DNA of 64,000 bases from Candidatus Nealsonbacteria bacterium (GTDB taxonomy: Bacteria; Patescibacteriota; Minisyncoccia; Minisyncoccales; GWA2-38-27). The DNA lies in assembly GCA_030616085.1 (NCBI GenBank), contig JAUWYA010000001.1, positions 8,692-72,691 of the forward strand. The letters run 5' to 3'. Numbering within the stretch: the first letter of the stretch is position 1; each line of letters begins with the position of its first letter. The notes under the pieces were generated by a model. That model was not told the DNA's origin and did not search any database. It saw nothing but the letters and a program-made list of their open reading frames with translations. Below are positions 1-9,165 of the stretch, piece by piece. Position numbers and translations under genes: made by a program.

Positions 1-491
1 GATTAAGTAAATGGTTTGTTTTGAAAAACCCTGATTTTTATTCAGGAAGATTTATTGAATTGAAGTTATTTAAAAATACAAATCTCTATTTTCTTAATAT
101 AAACCCAATTTTTCTTAATTTGATAATTGGAGCAGTATTATTACTGCTTGTTTTTTTGTTTTTTAAAACTTTAAAACAGGAAAACTTTTTATTTCAAGAC
201 CATATGTTTTACAATAGCGAATCAAGGTTCTGCCGAGCAAAGCGAGGCAGGTTCTTATTAACATTTGGTTTTTCTTTAATTATTTTGGGAGGATTTAGCA
301 ATCTTTTTGACCGTCTGTATTTTGGCTATGTTATTGACTGGATAAGAATTTTTATTCTTCCTATTTCTATTTTCAACATCGCTGATGTAATGATCATCGG
401 GGGAGTCGTGTGCCTTATTTTAGCGCTGGCGGTATCCGATACCGCCAGCACAAAAAGTGAGTTCAATAAATTAATTTATGTTAACCTGTAA
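1..491 (+). CDS. lspA: Lipoprotein signal peptidase II (LspA), 5'-truncated by window edge; carries an in-frame REP palindrome near the 3' end
   Basis: Translation contains LspA hallmarks 'GGFSNLFDRLYFGYVIDWI...FPISIFNIADVMIIGG' (cf. GNLIDR...VVDF...FNVAD). The visible part starts mid-protein, so the true start is upstream of the window. REP at 426-450 encodes 'LAVSDTA'. Confidence 0.7.
   Translation, partial: LSKWFVLKNPDFYSGRFIELKLFKNTNLYFLNINPIFLNLIIGAVLLLLVFLFFKTLKQENFLFQDHMFYNSESRFCRAKRGRFLLTFGFSLIILGGFSNLFDRLYFGYVIDWIRIFILPISIFNIADVMIIGGVVCLILALAVSDTASTKSEFNKLIYVNL
426..450. repeat. REP palindrome copy (GCTGGCGGTATCCGATACCGCCAGC) inside the lspA coding sequence
   Basis: Near-perfect palindrome identical to copies at 31691, 31901, 32481, 35681, 39278-39330 and 40164. 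Confidence 0.85.
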
Positions 492-555
492 TGTGTAGGT
501 TAACATAGAAAAGGTTGATAAAGGTATGGTTGACATCCGATATCAACAATAATAT

Positions 556-1329
556 ATGCCTTATTTTTCATTTGATAAAATCCAAATAGGACCGATTATT
601 CTTTATGTCTGGGGCGCATTCCTGGCTTTAGCTTTTTTATACGCTTTGTTTTTTGTTTCAAGAAAAGCAAAAAAACAAGGGATTGATACAGAAATAATTA
701 TTAGTTCTTTTTCCTGGTTAATAATCGGTACGATTATTGGAGCAAGATTAGGCTATATTATTCAGTTTTCAGATTATTATTTTTCAAAGCCAATTGAAAT
801 TCTAAAAATATGGCAAGGAGGAATGACTTTTCACGGCGGTCTTTTTGGTCTGCTGATTGCTGCTATTATTTATGCAAAGTTTGCCAAAGTTAGTTCAAGA
901 TTGTTTTTACAAATAGCAGATTTAGCTGTTTTAGCAGCTCCAATATCTATTGCTATTACAAGAGTCGGCTGTTCTTTAATTAATGATCATCAGGGAGCTG
1001 AAACATCTTTGCCTTGGGGAATTATGTGGCCAGATGGAACAATCAGGCATCCAGTAGCTGAATATCTGATTATCAGCGCATTAATTTTATATTTAATTCT
1101 AAGATTTTTAAAGCCAAAATTAACAAAACCGGGTCAATTATTTATTGTTTTTTTCTTCTTATATTCTCTTCTTCGCTTTTTCTTGGATTTTACCCGTTCT
1201 ACAGGCACTTCTTTGTCTGATCCCCGCTATTGGGGTTTATCCACAGCTCAGTGGTTATCTTTAGCTATAATTTTAGGTATAATAATAAAAAGTGTTTTTT
1301 TTAAAAAAAGCCCCGTAGAGAAAATTTGA
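556..1329 (+). CDS. lgt: Prolipoprotein diacylglyceryl transferase
   Basis: Polytopic membrane protein with Lgt-like motifs ('MTFHGGLFGLLIAAIIY', 'RFFLDF', 'TAQWLSL'), directly downstream of lspA. Confidence 0.75.
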   Translation: MPYFSFDKIQIGPIILYVWGAFLALAFLYALFFVSRKAKKQGIDTEIIISSFSWLIIGTIIGARLGYIIQFSDYYFSKPIEILKIWQGGMTFHGGLFGLLIAAIIYAKFAKVSSRLFLQIADLAVLAAPISIAITRVGCSLINDHQGAETSLPWGIMWPDGTIRHPVAEYLIISALILYLILRFLKPKLTKPGQLFIVFFFLYSLLRFFLDFTRSTGTSLSDPRYWGLSTAQWLSLAIILGIIIKSVFFKKSPVEKI

Positions 1330-1385
1330 CTGCTTACAGCATTTAGGTTTTCTTTAAGAAAACCTTGTCAAATTTTCTCTACGGG
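1311..1385. repeat. Long inverted-repeat element (CCCCGTAGAGAAAATTTGAC...GTCAAATTTTCTCTACGGGG), long variant of the CCCCGT(T)AGAGA family
   Basis: 20-bp perfect inverted arms around a ~35-nt spacer, overlapping the lgt stop. Paralogous copy at 6991-7065, related copy at 37437-37495. Confidence 0.8.
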
Positions 1386-1416
1386 GAAAGGTCGGAACTT
1401 AATTAAATTATTTATT

Positions 1417-1490
1417 ATGAACCCCGTTAGAAATTTATGTTAATTAGAATTTCTATTGGGGTAAAAATATATGAGAATTTCTAACGGGGT
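1417..1490. repeat. CCCCGTTAGAAAT inverted-repeat element (A / A'-degenerate / A' arrangement) overlapping the start of the downstream lipoprotein gene
   Basis: ATGAACCCCGTTAGAAAT ... AGAATTTCTATTGGGG ... ATGAGAATTTCTAACGGGGTG. The left arm carries a short uORF (MNPVRNLC*). The right arm overlaps the ATG of the 1471 gene and encodes 'ISNGV'. Confidence 0.8.
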
Positions 1491-1935
1491 GAAAAAAACA
1501 AAAATTTTTATTCTAATTTCGCTTTTAGCGGTTTTGGTTTTGGTTGGGGCAATGTGTACAAAAAGTCCTGAAGCTTTTTATAAGAAAGTTTGTAAAACTG
1601 CTATAGATTTTTCAGAGGAGCTGGATGATGTTCTTGACCAAGAATTTGCTCTATTAGACGGAGAAGATGATTTAGACGATTGTATGGATGATATGATTGA
1701 ACAAGAAGAAGACTTGTATGATGAATGCATGGACGAGGAGGATGATGAAGACGTATGCGATGAAGTGATTGAAAATTACCGATTAACCATAGAAAACTTT
1801 CTTACTCGTCAAGGATGTTTGATTATCTACACCTCTTATTGTTCTATGCATCAAGCAACTGGAGAGTATGAGGACTTTAATGAATGTGTAGACGATGTAG
1901 AGGAGGTCTGTAAAACACTTCCAAGGTCATTTTAG
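1471..1935 (+). CDS. Acidic lipoprotein (signal peptide + lipobox Cys 'LVGAMC'), function unknown
   Basis: N-terminus 'MRISNGVKKTKIFILISLLAVLVLVGAMC', followed by a highly acidic D/E-rich body. Paralog of 7155-7730. Confidence 0.5.
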   Translation: MRISNGVKKTKIFILISLLAVLVLVGAMCTKSPEAFYKKVCKTAIDFSEELDDVLDQEFALLDGEDDLDDCMDDMIEQEEDLYDECMDEEDDEDVCDEVIENYRLTIENFLTRQGCLIIYTSYCSMHQATGEYEDFNECVDDVEEVCKTLPRSF

Positions 1936-1937
1936 AA

Positions 1938-1978
1938 ACTAAACCCTTCATCTTTAGCTAAAAGTGAAGGGTAAAGAT
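1938..1978 (+). terminator. Hairpin after the lipoprotein gene (AAACCCTTCATCTTTA...AAAGTGAAGGGTAAAG), repeated element
   Basis: Stem CCCTTCA/TGAAGGG. A near-identical element lies at 8461-8505 after another gene. Confidence 0.4.
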
Positions 1979-1979
1979 T

Positions 1980-4601
1980 ATGAGAAAATTTAAAATTACC
2001 ATTCCGATTTTGCTTTTGGTTGTTTTGACTTTACCTGCAAATGCATTTGCTAGTACTTTATCTGAAGATATTTTCCCGAAAAACGTAAAAGGGCTTCCTT
2101 TAGCTGAGACTGAAGAGCAAAAGCCAGAAGGAGAAATTGCTGAGGCTTATTGGGCTTTTTACGGGACTGATGATTCAGAAACAGAGATTCTGGTTTTCTT
2201 TTCCAGAATAGAAGGTGAAGAATATCTTAGAACAGCAGTAGAGGATTTTATTGCAGGATTTGAATATGAGACAGTCCAGACATTTGACGGCGTTGAACGT
2301 GAAGATCCGTATGAAGTTTATGTAAAAGATTATAAAGCTACACTTGTTACTTATCGCTTTTATTACTTAGGAGTATATTTTGATGCCGGCCTTGCATTAG
2401 TAGTTGTGGATGATTATTTCATTGCTGTTGAGATGCTTAGTTATACTGGAGAACCTCCTTCTTTTTCAGACCTAAAAGATGTTTTAGGTCTTTTTATTGA
2501 TCAGGTTCCTGGAGAAAAGCCAATTTGCGGCAATACTTATTGTGAACAGGGAGAAACCTGTTCAAATTGTCCCCAGGATTGCAATGCTTGCCAAGAGCTT
2601 TTGCCTGATTTAGAAGTTTCATTTTCAGAAAAGAACATCAAGCTTGAATTAGGAGGAAGCACTACACTTAAGTTAAATATTAAAAATATTGGTCAGGGCA
2701 GGGCTGAAGATGTCTATTACAAAGTTCATGTTGACAAGCCAGAAGTTGTAGATGTTTATCCTCTTCAGGGAACAGTAGGGAATATAGATCCAGGCGAGGA
2801 ATTTTATGATTATATAGGTATTGCAGTTAAAGGTTCAGGCACTGCCTATTTAGCTATTCATATTAGAGGTGATAATATCGGCAGCATGATGAAGTTTATT
2901 CAGGTTAGCGTTCCTGAAGCAGCTGCTTTAGATGTGCCAGAGTCCTTGTTTTTACTGCCAGGTGAATCTCAAGGAATTAGTGTTTTCTTAACTAATGCCG
3001 GTGAAGAGCCAATTCTGGTTGAGGTTTTATCTTTAAAAAGCTTGGATCCTTCAGTAGTTTCTATTGAAGAAGGTTCAGAAATGACAGTAAGCGGCCAAAA
3101 AGGAGGAATTAGACAAGACCAGGTTATTAGCACTGAAAGCATTGATATTACTAACGCTATTTATCCAAAACCAAGAATTAAAGCTAATTCAATAGGAGAT
3201 ACTGAGCTCGTTTTCAAACTTTTATACTATTTTCCAGAGATTTCTATGCATGAAGGCAAGACATTGGAAAAGAGAGTAAAAGTAGGAGTAGGAGAGTCAG
3301 TAGGAGGGGAAAAGCCAGGATTAGAACTTAAGCTAAAGCCGTCTGGCCTGGCTGTAGAAAGGGATGAAGCCAGGAAAGTTGAAGTGATTTTAAACAATAC
3401 TGGAAGCGAGGTAATTAAACAGGGAAAGATTCTTCTTAGCGTTTCCAGAGAAGCTCCGTTTAATGCAACCAGAGAAATAACTTTTGGCTTTATTCGACCA
3501 GGCAGGGAAGCTAAGGCTGAAATTGAGATTATTGGCCATGCTCAATTTCCATCTGGCTTGCAGGGTGATGACTTAGTAGTTACCGGGACTTTAACTTTTA
3601 AAGGCCAGTTTACTACTTTGGATGACAGAGAATTTACTTTTGAAGAGGAGATGAAGGTTTCCTTGGTGGGAGAGAGAGAAAAATGCGACGTTGCAAATGC
3701 TGGATGCATGGAAACAGTTGATTGTTTTGTTTCTCTTTCCAATGAAATGGGCTGTGCTCTTGAGTTTGCTGATGTTGTTCCATATTTTGACAAACCAGTA
3801 GCTGTTGTCTTAGCTACTTCTGATGTATGCGAGATAAAAGACAGGGTAGAGGCAGGAGATCCTATTGGAGCTGCTGTATCCAGTCTTTTAATGACAGTTG
3901 ATTTAGGAGATAATGCTCTTGATGCAGTTCCCGGAGCAGGCAATATATTAGGTGTTTTAACAGATATAGTAGAAGGTTCAGCAGATTGCGTTGAAGGATT
4001 TATCTACGATGCAGTAAATGATTATTGCGCAGGAGGCAGAGGAGGTTATACTGGCTGCGCTAATCGTTTATTTGGATTAATTGCTGAAGAATCAGATAGA
4101 TGGAAAGAGTCGAGATCAGCTACGCATTCAGTAGTAGCTATTGGAGGTTCGCCAATAAGATTATCTGTGATTGATGATAATGGCCAGGAATTAGGTTTGT
4201 CTGACGGAGTCTTAGTTATAGAAAAAGAAGATTTGAAGCTGGTATTTATTAAGAATCCTGAAGAGTTGGACAATGGGTATAATTTCCAGATTAATGGAAT
4301 TGGCGAGGGTACTTACGATTTAGACATTGGCTTGATTTCTGATGGAGAGGTTGTTGAAACAGTTGAGCTTAGAGACCAGGAAATTAATTTAGATGAGGAA
4401 GTTTCAATTCCTTTGGCTGTTAAAGCAGAAGATGGTGAATTAACAGATCTATTTGTTGGTGATGAGGCAATAGAATTTAAAGAAGAGCAGGAAAGAAAAC
4501 CATTAATTCTTTATATAATAATTGGCATAGGTGCTGTTCTGGTTGTCATTATCGCTGTAGTAGTAGTTATAGTTTTAATCAAGAAAAGGAAAAAAACTTA
4601 G
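1980..4601 (+). CDS. Large secreted/surface protein (873 aa) with an N-terminal signal peptide and a C-terminal TM anchor followed by KKRKK
   Basis: Signal peptide 'ILLLVVLTLPANAFA'. Cys motif 'CGNTYCEQGETCSNCPQDCNAC'. C-terminal 'ILYIIIGIGAVLVVIIAVVVVIVLIKKRKKT'. N-terminal ~180 aa are paralogous to 26623-28194. Confidence 0.6.
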   Translation: MRKFKITIPILLLVVLTLPANAFASTLSEDIFPKNVKGLPLAETEEQKPEGEIAEAYWAFYGTDDSETEILVFFSRIEGEEYLRTAVEDFIAGFEYETVQTFDGVEREDPYEVYVKDYKATLVTYRFYYLGVYFDAGLALVVVDDYFIAVEMLSYTGEPPSFSDLKDVLGLFIDQVPGEKPICGNTYCEQGETCSNCPQDCNACQELLPDLEVSFSEKNIKLELGGSTTLKLNIKNIGQGRAEDVYYKVHVDKPEVVDVYPLQGTVGNIDPGEEFYDYIGIAVKGSGTAYLAIHIRGDNIGSMMKFIQVSVPEAAALDVPESLFLLPGESQGISVFLTNAGEEPILVEVLSLKSLDPSVVSIEEGSEMTVSGQKGGIRQDQVISTESIDITNAIYPKPRIKANSIGDTELVFKLLYYFPEISMHEGKTLEKRVKVGVGESVGGEKPGLELKLKPSGLAVERDEARKVEVILNNTGSEVIKQGKILLSVSREAPFNATREITFGFIRPGREAKAEIEIIGHAQFPSGLQGDDLVVTGTLTFKGQFTTLDDREFTFEEEMKVSLVGEREKCDVANAGCMETVDCFVSLSNEMGCALEFADVVPYFDKPVAVVLATSDVCEIKDRVEAGDPIGAAVSSLLMTVDLGDNALDAVPGAGNILGVLTDIVEGSADCVEGFIYDAVNDYCAGGRGGYTGCANRLFGLIAEESDRWKESRSATHSVVAIGGSPIRLSVIDDNGQELGLSDGVLVIEKEDLKLVFIKNPEELDNGYNFQINGIGEGTYDLDIGLISDGEVVETVELRDQEINLDEEVSIPLAVKAEDGELTDLFVGDEAIEFKEEQERKPLILYIIIGIGAVLVVIIAVVVVIVLIKKRKKT

Positions 4602-4643
4602 ACTTAGCCGGGTTAAGTTTTGTACATAATCTATTTTAAAAAT

Positions 4644-5282
4644 ATGAATAAATTAAAATATATTATTCCATTGCTTTTGGTGGCTTTGGTTTTGAATGGG
4701 GCGAGTTGTGGAGGCGGAAAGAAATCAACTGATTCTGAAGAGGAAGAAAAGGAAGAAAAAACGAATGTTGAAAAGAAATTAACCAGAGACCAGATGAAAA
4801 ATGTTTTACTGAAAACAGCAGCTGATTTGGGCTGGTCTGAAACTGATGTTAAGAGCGCTGGTAGCCAAGGATATGAGTTGAAGAAAGTATATGTTAAGGG
4901 CGAGGATAAAAGTAAATCTGTTATATTAGCAATTACTGAAGTTTCAGATTCTGATTTATCTTCAATACTATCTGGAACTAACAGAAAGACATTTATAAAG
5001 GAATATTGTGAAATACTTACTGATTATGAAGAGGGCAGGGGCGGCAGAACAAGCGATTTAATAGAAATATCAGGATTTGATGCTTGTCATACAATTGAAT
5101 ATATGAGTGTTTGGGGGGATTTGAAAGATTGTCTAGGCCATAGTGATACTATGAGCGTAATAGGACATTACTGGCTTCAGGTTATTTCAAATGCTCTTGA
5201 TGAAAGAGGAGAAGTATGTGATGCAACAGATTCATTGCCAATTGCTGAGATTTTAGTCAATAACCTGTTGGAAGCTTTTTAA
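4644..5282 (+). CDS. Lipoprotein, function unknown
   Basis: 'MNKLKYIIPLLLVALVLNGASCGGGKK' (lipobox), followed by an acidic linker. ATG at 4644 is preferred over the TTG at 4620. Confidence 0.45.
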   Translation: MNKLKYIIPLLLVALVLNGASCGGGKKSTDSEEEEKEEKTNVEKKLTRDQMKNVLLKTAADLGWSETDVKSAGSQGYELKKVYVKGEDKSKSVILAITEVSDSDLSSILSGTNRKTFIKEYCEILTDYEEGRGGRTSDLIEISGFDACHTIEYMSVWGDLKDCLGHSDTMSVIGHYWLQVISNALDERGEVCDATDSLPIAEILVNNLLEAF

Positions 5283-5297
5283 TTGTTGTAGATTAAA

Positions 5298-5744
5298 ATG
5301 GGTAATTTTTGTTCAAAGTGTAGGACTAAAATAGGAACAGAAGATAAGTTTTGTCCTTCCTGTGGAAAAGAAATAGGGATGCAGTCATCTCCGCAGTTGT
5401 CTGCAATAGGGCATTGGCAAGCCAAACAAATAGATACTGATGAAGCTGGATCCAGCAGCAAAGGAACTTTGTCTTTATCAAAAGATTACTTGATTTTTTA
5501 TGTATATGGTTTCTTTTCCAAAGAGCCAAAAGAACGTCGCAGAATAGTTATTTCAAGCATAAAGTCTATTGTAAGAACTCCTATTTTTAATATGTTAACA
5601 ATTAAGTATAACAGGGCGCCCACTGATGCAGGCGCTTTAAGAAGATTTGTAGGAATGCGCAGTGTTTCATATAAAATAAAGAATTGGGAATCATTTATTC
5701 AAAATATTAGAGCATTGAGTCCAAATATTAAAATAAAGGTTTAA
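5298..5744 (+). CDS. Zinc-ribbon protein with a possible bacterial PH-like C-terminal domain
   Basis: 'CSKCRTKIGTEDKFCPSCGKEI' is a CxxC...CxxC ribbon. Confidence 0.4.
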   Translation: MGNFCSKCRTKIGTEDKFCPSCGKEIGMQSSPQLSAIGHWQAKQIDTDEAGSSSKGTLSLSKDYLIFYVYGFFSKEPKERRRIVISSIKSIVRTPIFNMLTIKYNRAPTDAGALRRFVGMRSVSYKIKNWESFIQNIRALSPNIKIKV

Positions 5745-5771
5745 AACGAAAAATTAATTAATCTTAAATAT

Positions 5772-6983
5772 ATGTCTAAATTGAAATATCTTATTATTCC
5801 ATTAATGTTAATGGTTTTAGTTTTAGTGGGAGCAATGTGTGGAAAAGAAGACAAAGAAGGATCTCAATCAAGAGAAAGCACTCCTTTTCAGGGAAAAAAG
5901 GTAGTCACCCAAATTACTCAGAATAAAATTAGGGATTTGGGCCCTAGAGTTTCTGGCGACGGCAAGACAATTATTTTCTGGAGGGATACAGATGGAGATA
6001 ATTATTGGGATACTTTAGTCCTGACTGATCCTGAAGGAAAAGAAAAGAAAACAATTAAGATCAGAGGAGATGTTTTTACAGATAAATTTGGCATCAAACC
6101 CGAATCTTTAGATATTGACCATAAAGGCACTAAAGTTGTTTTTATAGGCACTCCTTTTGTTGAAAATTGGCGTTTGGTAGATCCTATGCCGAGTTATTTC
6201 TTTGTTCTAGACTTAAACGGAGAAACAGCAAGAAAAATAGACCCTCATGATCTTCCAGAAAAGTATTATCCTCCAGAAGTTGATGCTGAAAGGGCCTGGC
6301 CATCGTTTATAAAGATAAGTCCTGATGGTTCAAAAATAGCTTTTACAGCTAATGTTACTGGAGTTGAGTTTGGAGAAAGACATGATGTTCCAGAAGATGA
6401 TATAGTGGGCGTGGTTAATTCAGACGGTACGGGCTTAAAGGTTGTAGAAATGGGAATTAATGGGTACTGCTTGGCAATTGATGATTCTGGAAGAGTATTC
6501 TTTGCCAGAACAATAGACAACAAATATAAGTGGGTTTTAACTGTGGTTGATGCAGGCGGAGCTTTAGAAAGCGGGACAAGCCTTGGCATTGAAATAAAAT
6601 GTCCTACCAATAGAGAAGCGATTTCAATAAGCAAAAACGGAAAAAGAATTTCAGGTACTTTACTTTCCGAGGGAACAGTTTTTGTTGCTAGTGACCAGGG
6701 TGAAATTATAGCTCAAATGCATAATTTCACCTTTTCAATGATTACTGGAGACGGATCAAGATTATTAGGATTTGAAACAAAAATGGACTTAAAAGATGAA
6801 CAAAGAGGACTTATTTATTACGATATTGACAATAATTTAGAACAAGAAGGCCAGATTCTGGACATGTCTTATGGAATTCATAGCCCTGATATAGATGTTA
6901 ATTATTCCGGAGGAGTGGTGGCTACTGGAGTTTATGACAAAGAAGATGGCGACGAAGAAATCGTCACTATTACGTGGGAATAA
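5772..6983 (+). CDS. Lipoprotein with beta-propeller (TolB/PD40-like) repeats
   Basis: Lipobox 'LVLVGAMCGKED' and repeats such as 'KISPDGSKIAFTANV' and 'RVSGDGKTIIFW'. Confidence 0.45.
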   Translation: MSKLKYLIIPLMLMVLVLVGAMCGKEDKEGSQSRESTPFQGKKVVTQITQNKIRDLGPRVSGDGKTIIFWRDTDGDNYWDTLVLTDPEGKEKKTIKIRGDVFTDKFGIKPESLDIDHKGTKVVFIGTPFVENWRLVDPMPSYFFVLDLNGETARKIDPHDLPEKYYPPEVDAERAWPSFIKISPDGSKIAFTANVTGVEFGERHDVPEDDIVGVVNSDGTGLKVVEMGINGYCLAIDDSGRVFFARTIDNKYKWVLTVVDAGGALESGTSLGIEIKCPTNREAISISKNGKRISGTLLSEGTVFVASDQGEIIAQMHNFTFSMITGDGSRLLGFETKMDLKDEQRGLIYYDIDNNLEQEGQILDMSYGIHSPDIDVNYSGGVVATGVYDKEDGDEEIVTITWE

Positions 6984-6990
6984 TATAAAC

Positions 6991-7065
6991 CCTGTAGAAG
7001 AAATTTGACTGCCTTTGAGATTTAGGTTTTCTTTCAGAAAATCTTGTCAAATTTTCTCTACGGGG
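6991..7065. repeat. Long inverted-repeat element, paralog of 1311-1385
   Basis: CCCTGTAGAAGAAATTTGAC...GTCAAATTTTCTCTACGGGG. Confidence 0.8.
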
Positions 7066-7100
7066 TAAAGGTCGGGAATTTAGTAATTTTTGTTTAAGTT

Positions 7101-7174
7101 ATGAGCCCCGTTAGAAATCTTTGTTAATTAGAATTTCTATCGGGGTAAAAATCTATGGAAATTTCTAACGGGGT
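7101..7174. repeat. CCCCGTTAGAAAT inverted-repeat element (A / A'-degenerate / A'), paralog of 1417-1490
   Basis: ATGAGCCCCGTTAGAAATC...AGAATTTCTATCGGGG...ATGGAAATTTCTAACGGGGTG. uORF MSPVRNLC*. The right arm overlaps the ATG of the 7155 gene. Confidence 0.8.
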
Positions 7175-7730
7175 GAGGAAATTAAAGTTTATTATTATTC
7201 CGGTTTTGCTTTTAACAGCTTTAGTTTTAATTGGAGCTGATTGCGGAGAAGAAGATAGAAAAAGGTCCAGAGATAAAGATGACGAAGAAGAGAATTATCT
7301 GACTTATAAAAATGAGAAATGGGGATTTGAGATTAAATATCCTGAGGACTGGGAAAAAGAAGAAGAAGATTATAGTTACGACGAATTTACAGTATTTTTT
7401 ATTAGTCCGTTTGAAGATGAAGATGATGAAAATAGAGAAAATCTTCTTGTTTATGCATCAACAGCTGAGCCTGATGATTTTGATGAATTAATGACAGACT
7501 TGATAGCAGATTTGTCAGAGAGTACAACTTTGCTTGATTACGAGAAACTAATGGTATCTGGACATCCAGGATATAAAGCGAGTTATATTTATGATGAGAT
7601 TCAGTATCTGCACTATTTCGTAAATGCGGGCGATACTTGGTATCAAATACTTTATGTTGCTTTAGAGAGTACTTATTCTAAGTATGTAGATCAAGTTGAA
7701 ACAATGATTAATTCTCTTGAGATTAAATAA
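7155..7730 (+). CDS. Acidic lipoprotein, paralog of 1471-1935
   Basis: 'MEISNGVRKLKFIIIPVLLLTALVLIGADCGEED' with a D/E-rich body. Confidence 0.5.
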   Translation: MEISNGVRKLKFIIIPVLLLTALVLIGADCGEEDRKRSRDKDDEEENYLTYKNEKWGFEIKYPEDWEKEEEDYSYDEFTVFFISPFEDEDDENRENLLVYASTAEPDDFDELMTDLIADLSESTTLLDYEKLMVSGHPGYKASYIYDEIQYLHYFVNAGDTWYQILYVALESTYSKYVDQVETMINSLEIK

Positions 7731-7733
7731 TAT

Positions 7734-8456
7734 ATGCCTAAATTTTGTCCCAAGTGCGGGAAAAATTTAAAACCAGGCAAGAAGTTTTGTGCTGCTTGCG
7801 GTGCAAAGATGAGAACGAAACAAACTCGTAAAACAGCACCAGTATCAGTTCCGCGAACAGCACCGCCAAGACCAGTAGCACCTTTGCCACCTCCGCCAAA
7901 AGGAGGAGCAGGATGTGGAACAGGATGCTTAATTGGTTGTTTGATAGTAGCCTTAGTAGTTTTGTTGATTTTAGCTGGTTTAATTGGAACTGGTTATTAT
8001 TTTCTTTCCAGGATGAAGCAAGCAGATGCAGGAGATTATTTTGACATTGATCCAAAAAGCAAAAAGGAAAAAACAATTAAGTGCGGGGATTCTCTTGCTT
8101 GCTTGGAAGATAATCTTAAAAAATGCGCTCCAGCTAAAGGCGAAGCAGATTTAGGAGAGCTTGCTGAAGCTGAATTTGAAGTATTAGGTTTTGCTGAAGG
8201 CAGTGATTCATGCGTGGTTTTTGCCAAGATAACTGAATTAAAAGAACTTCCTGAAGGATTGGATGTGATTCCTAATTTTATTCTGGAAAAAATGTTTGAG
8301 GATTTATCTTTTGAATGTTTGATTCCAGAAAAAGTTTATCAAAAAGGAATAGAAGACGTTGGAGAATATATTGGAGATAATTTGGTTGAAGCTTGCGAAA
8401 GCCCATTGTTTGATTTAGCAGAAAAGTTTGGAGTTGACCTTGAAGACATTGAATAA
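7734..8456 (+). CDS. Zinc-ribbon / Pro-rich / single-TM protein with an acidic C-terminal domain
   Basis: 'CPKCGKNLKPGKKFCAACGAKM', then a Pro-rich linker and TM 'LIGCLIVALVVLLILAGLIG'. Confidence 0.45.
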   Translation: MPKFCPKCGKNLKPGKKFCAACGAKMRTKQTRKTAPVSVPRTAPPRPVAPLPPPPKGGAGCGTGCLIGCLIVALVVLLILAGLIGTGYYFLSRMKQADAGDYFDIDPKSKKEKTIKCGDSLACLEDNLKKCAPAKGEADLGELAEAEFEVLGFAEGSDSCVVFAKITELKELPEGLDVIPNFILEKMFEDLSFECLIPEKVYQKGIEDVGEYIGDNLVEACESPLFDLAEKFGVDLEDIE

Positions 8457-8460
8457 TTAA

Positions 8461-8505
8461 ACCCTTCACCTTTAATTTTAATCAAAGGTGAAGGGTAAAG
8501 GTCAA
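8461..8505 (+). terminator. Hairpin AAACCCTTCACCTTTAATTTTAATCAAAGGTGAAGGGTAAAG, repeat of the 1938 element
   Basis: 12-bp stem CCCTTCACCTTT/AAAGGTGAAGGG. Confidence 0.45.
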
Positions 8506-8534
8506 AAAAAAAAACATAAATTGTTGTATATTTT

Positions 8535-9125
8535 ATGACAGATATTTTTACTAGAACAAATCTTCTTGCCAAGTCAAATCTTCTTGCCAGAACTAGTGAT
8601 TATAGTGCTGCAAGTGGTCTGGATATTGGTCTTGGTCTTGGATTTGGTCTTGTTTGGGTTTTCTCTTATCTTGCTTTTTATATCTACCTTGCTATTACTC
8701 TAATGTTTATAGCTAAAAAAACAGGAACTTCAAATGCATGGATGGCTTGGATTCCTTTTCTGAATCTTTATTTAATGTGCAAAGCTGCTGGTAAATCTGG
8801 GATATGGATAATTTTACTATTGCTTCCTGTTGTTAATGTTGTCGCTATAATTCTTTTATGGGCTGGTATGGCTCAAAGATTAGGCAGACCTGGTTGGTGG
8901 GGACTTTTAATGTTAATTCCTGTGCTCAATCTTGTGCTAATGGGAATTTTAGCTTTTTCTAAAAGTCGTCAGGCCGTTGCTTCAGTTGCTGTTCCATCTC
9001 CTGTTCCGGCTGCTCCGGCTGCTCCTCCAGCAGTTCCGGCAGCAAAAGGGAAGTTTTGTTCTAAATGCGGAGCTAATATTATATCAGGTGATAAATTCTG
9101 TCCTGACTGTGGAAATAAACTGTAG
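8535..9125 (+). CDS. Polytopic membrane protein with a Pro/Ala-rich linker and a C-terminal zinc ribbon
   Basis: Four hydrophobic segments, then 'CSKCGANIISGDKFCPDCGNKL'. Confidence 0.45.
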   Translation: MTDIFTRTNLLAKSNLLARTSDYSAASGLDIGLGLGFGLVWVFSYLAFYIYLAITLMFIAKKTGTSNAWMAWIPFLNLYLMCKAAGKSGIWIILLLLPVVNVVAIILLWAGMAQRLGRPGWWGLLMLIPVLNLVLMGILAFSKSRQAVASVAVPSPVPAAPAAPPAVPAAKGKFCSKCGANIISGDKFCPDCGNKL

Positions 9126-9165
9126 GCACTTGACAAAGGTCTTTGAATATGATATATAGAAAGAT

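Noticed and set aside
21-491. Treating 21-491 as a complete lspA gene
   Set aside because: The visible N-terminus already corresponds to the interior of LspA, so the gene almost certainly starts upstream of the window. Reported as 5'-partial.
3542-4273. Antisense ORFs inside large genes (3542-3943 -, 4046-4273 -, 6266-6634 -, 35072-35458 -, 37618-37992 -, 40509-42622 -)
   Set aside because: They lie entirely within longer, motif-supported ORFs on the opposite strand and have low-complexity composition typical of antisense artefacts.
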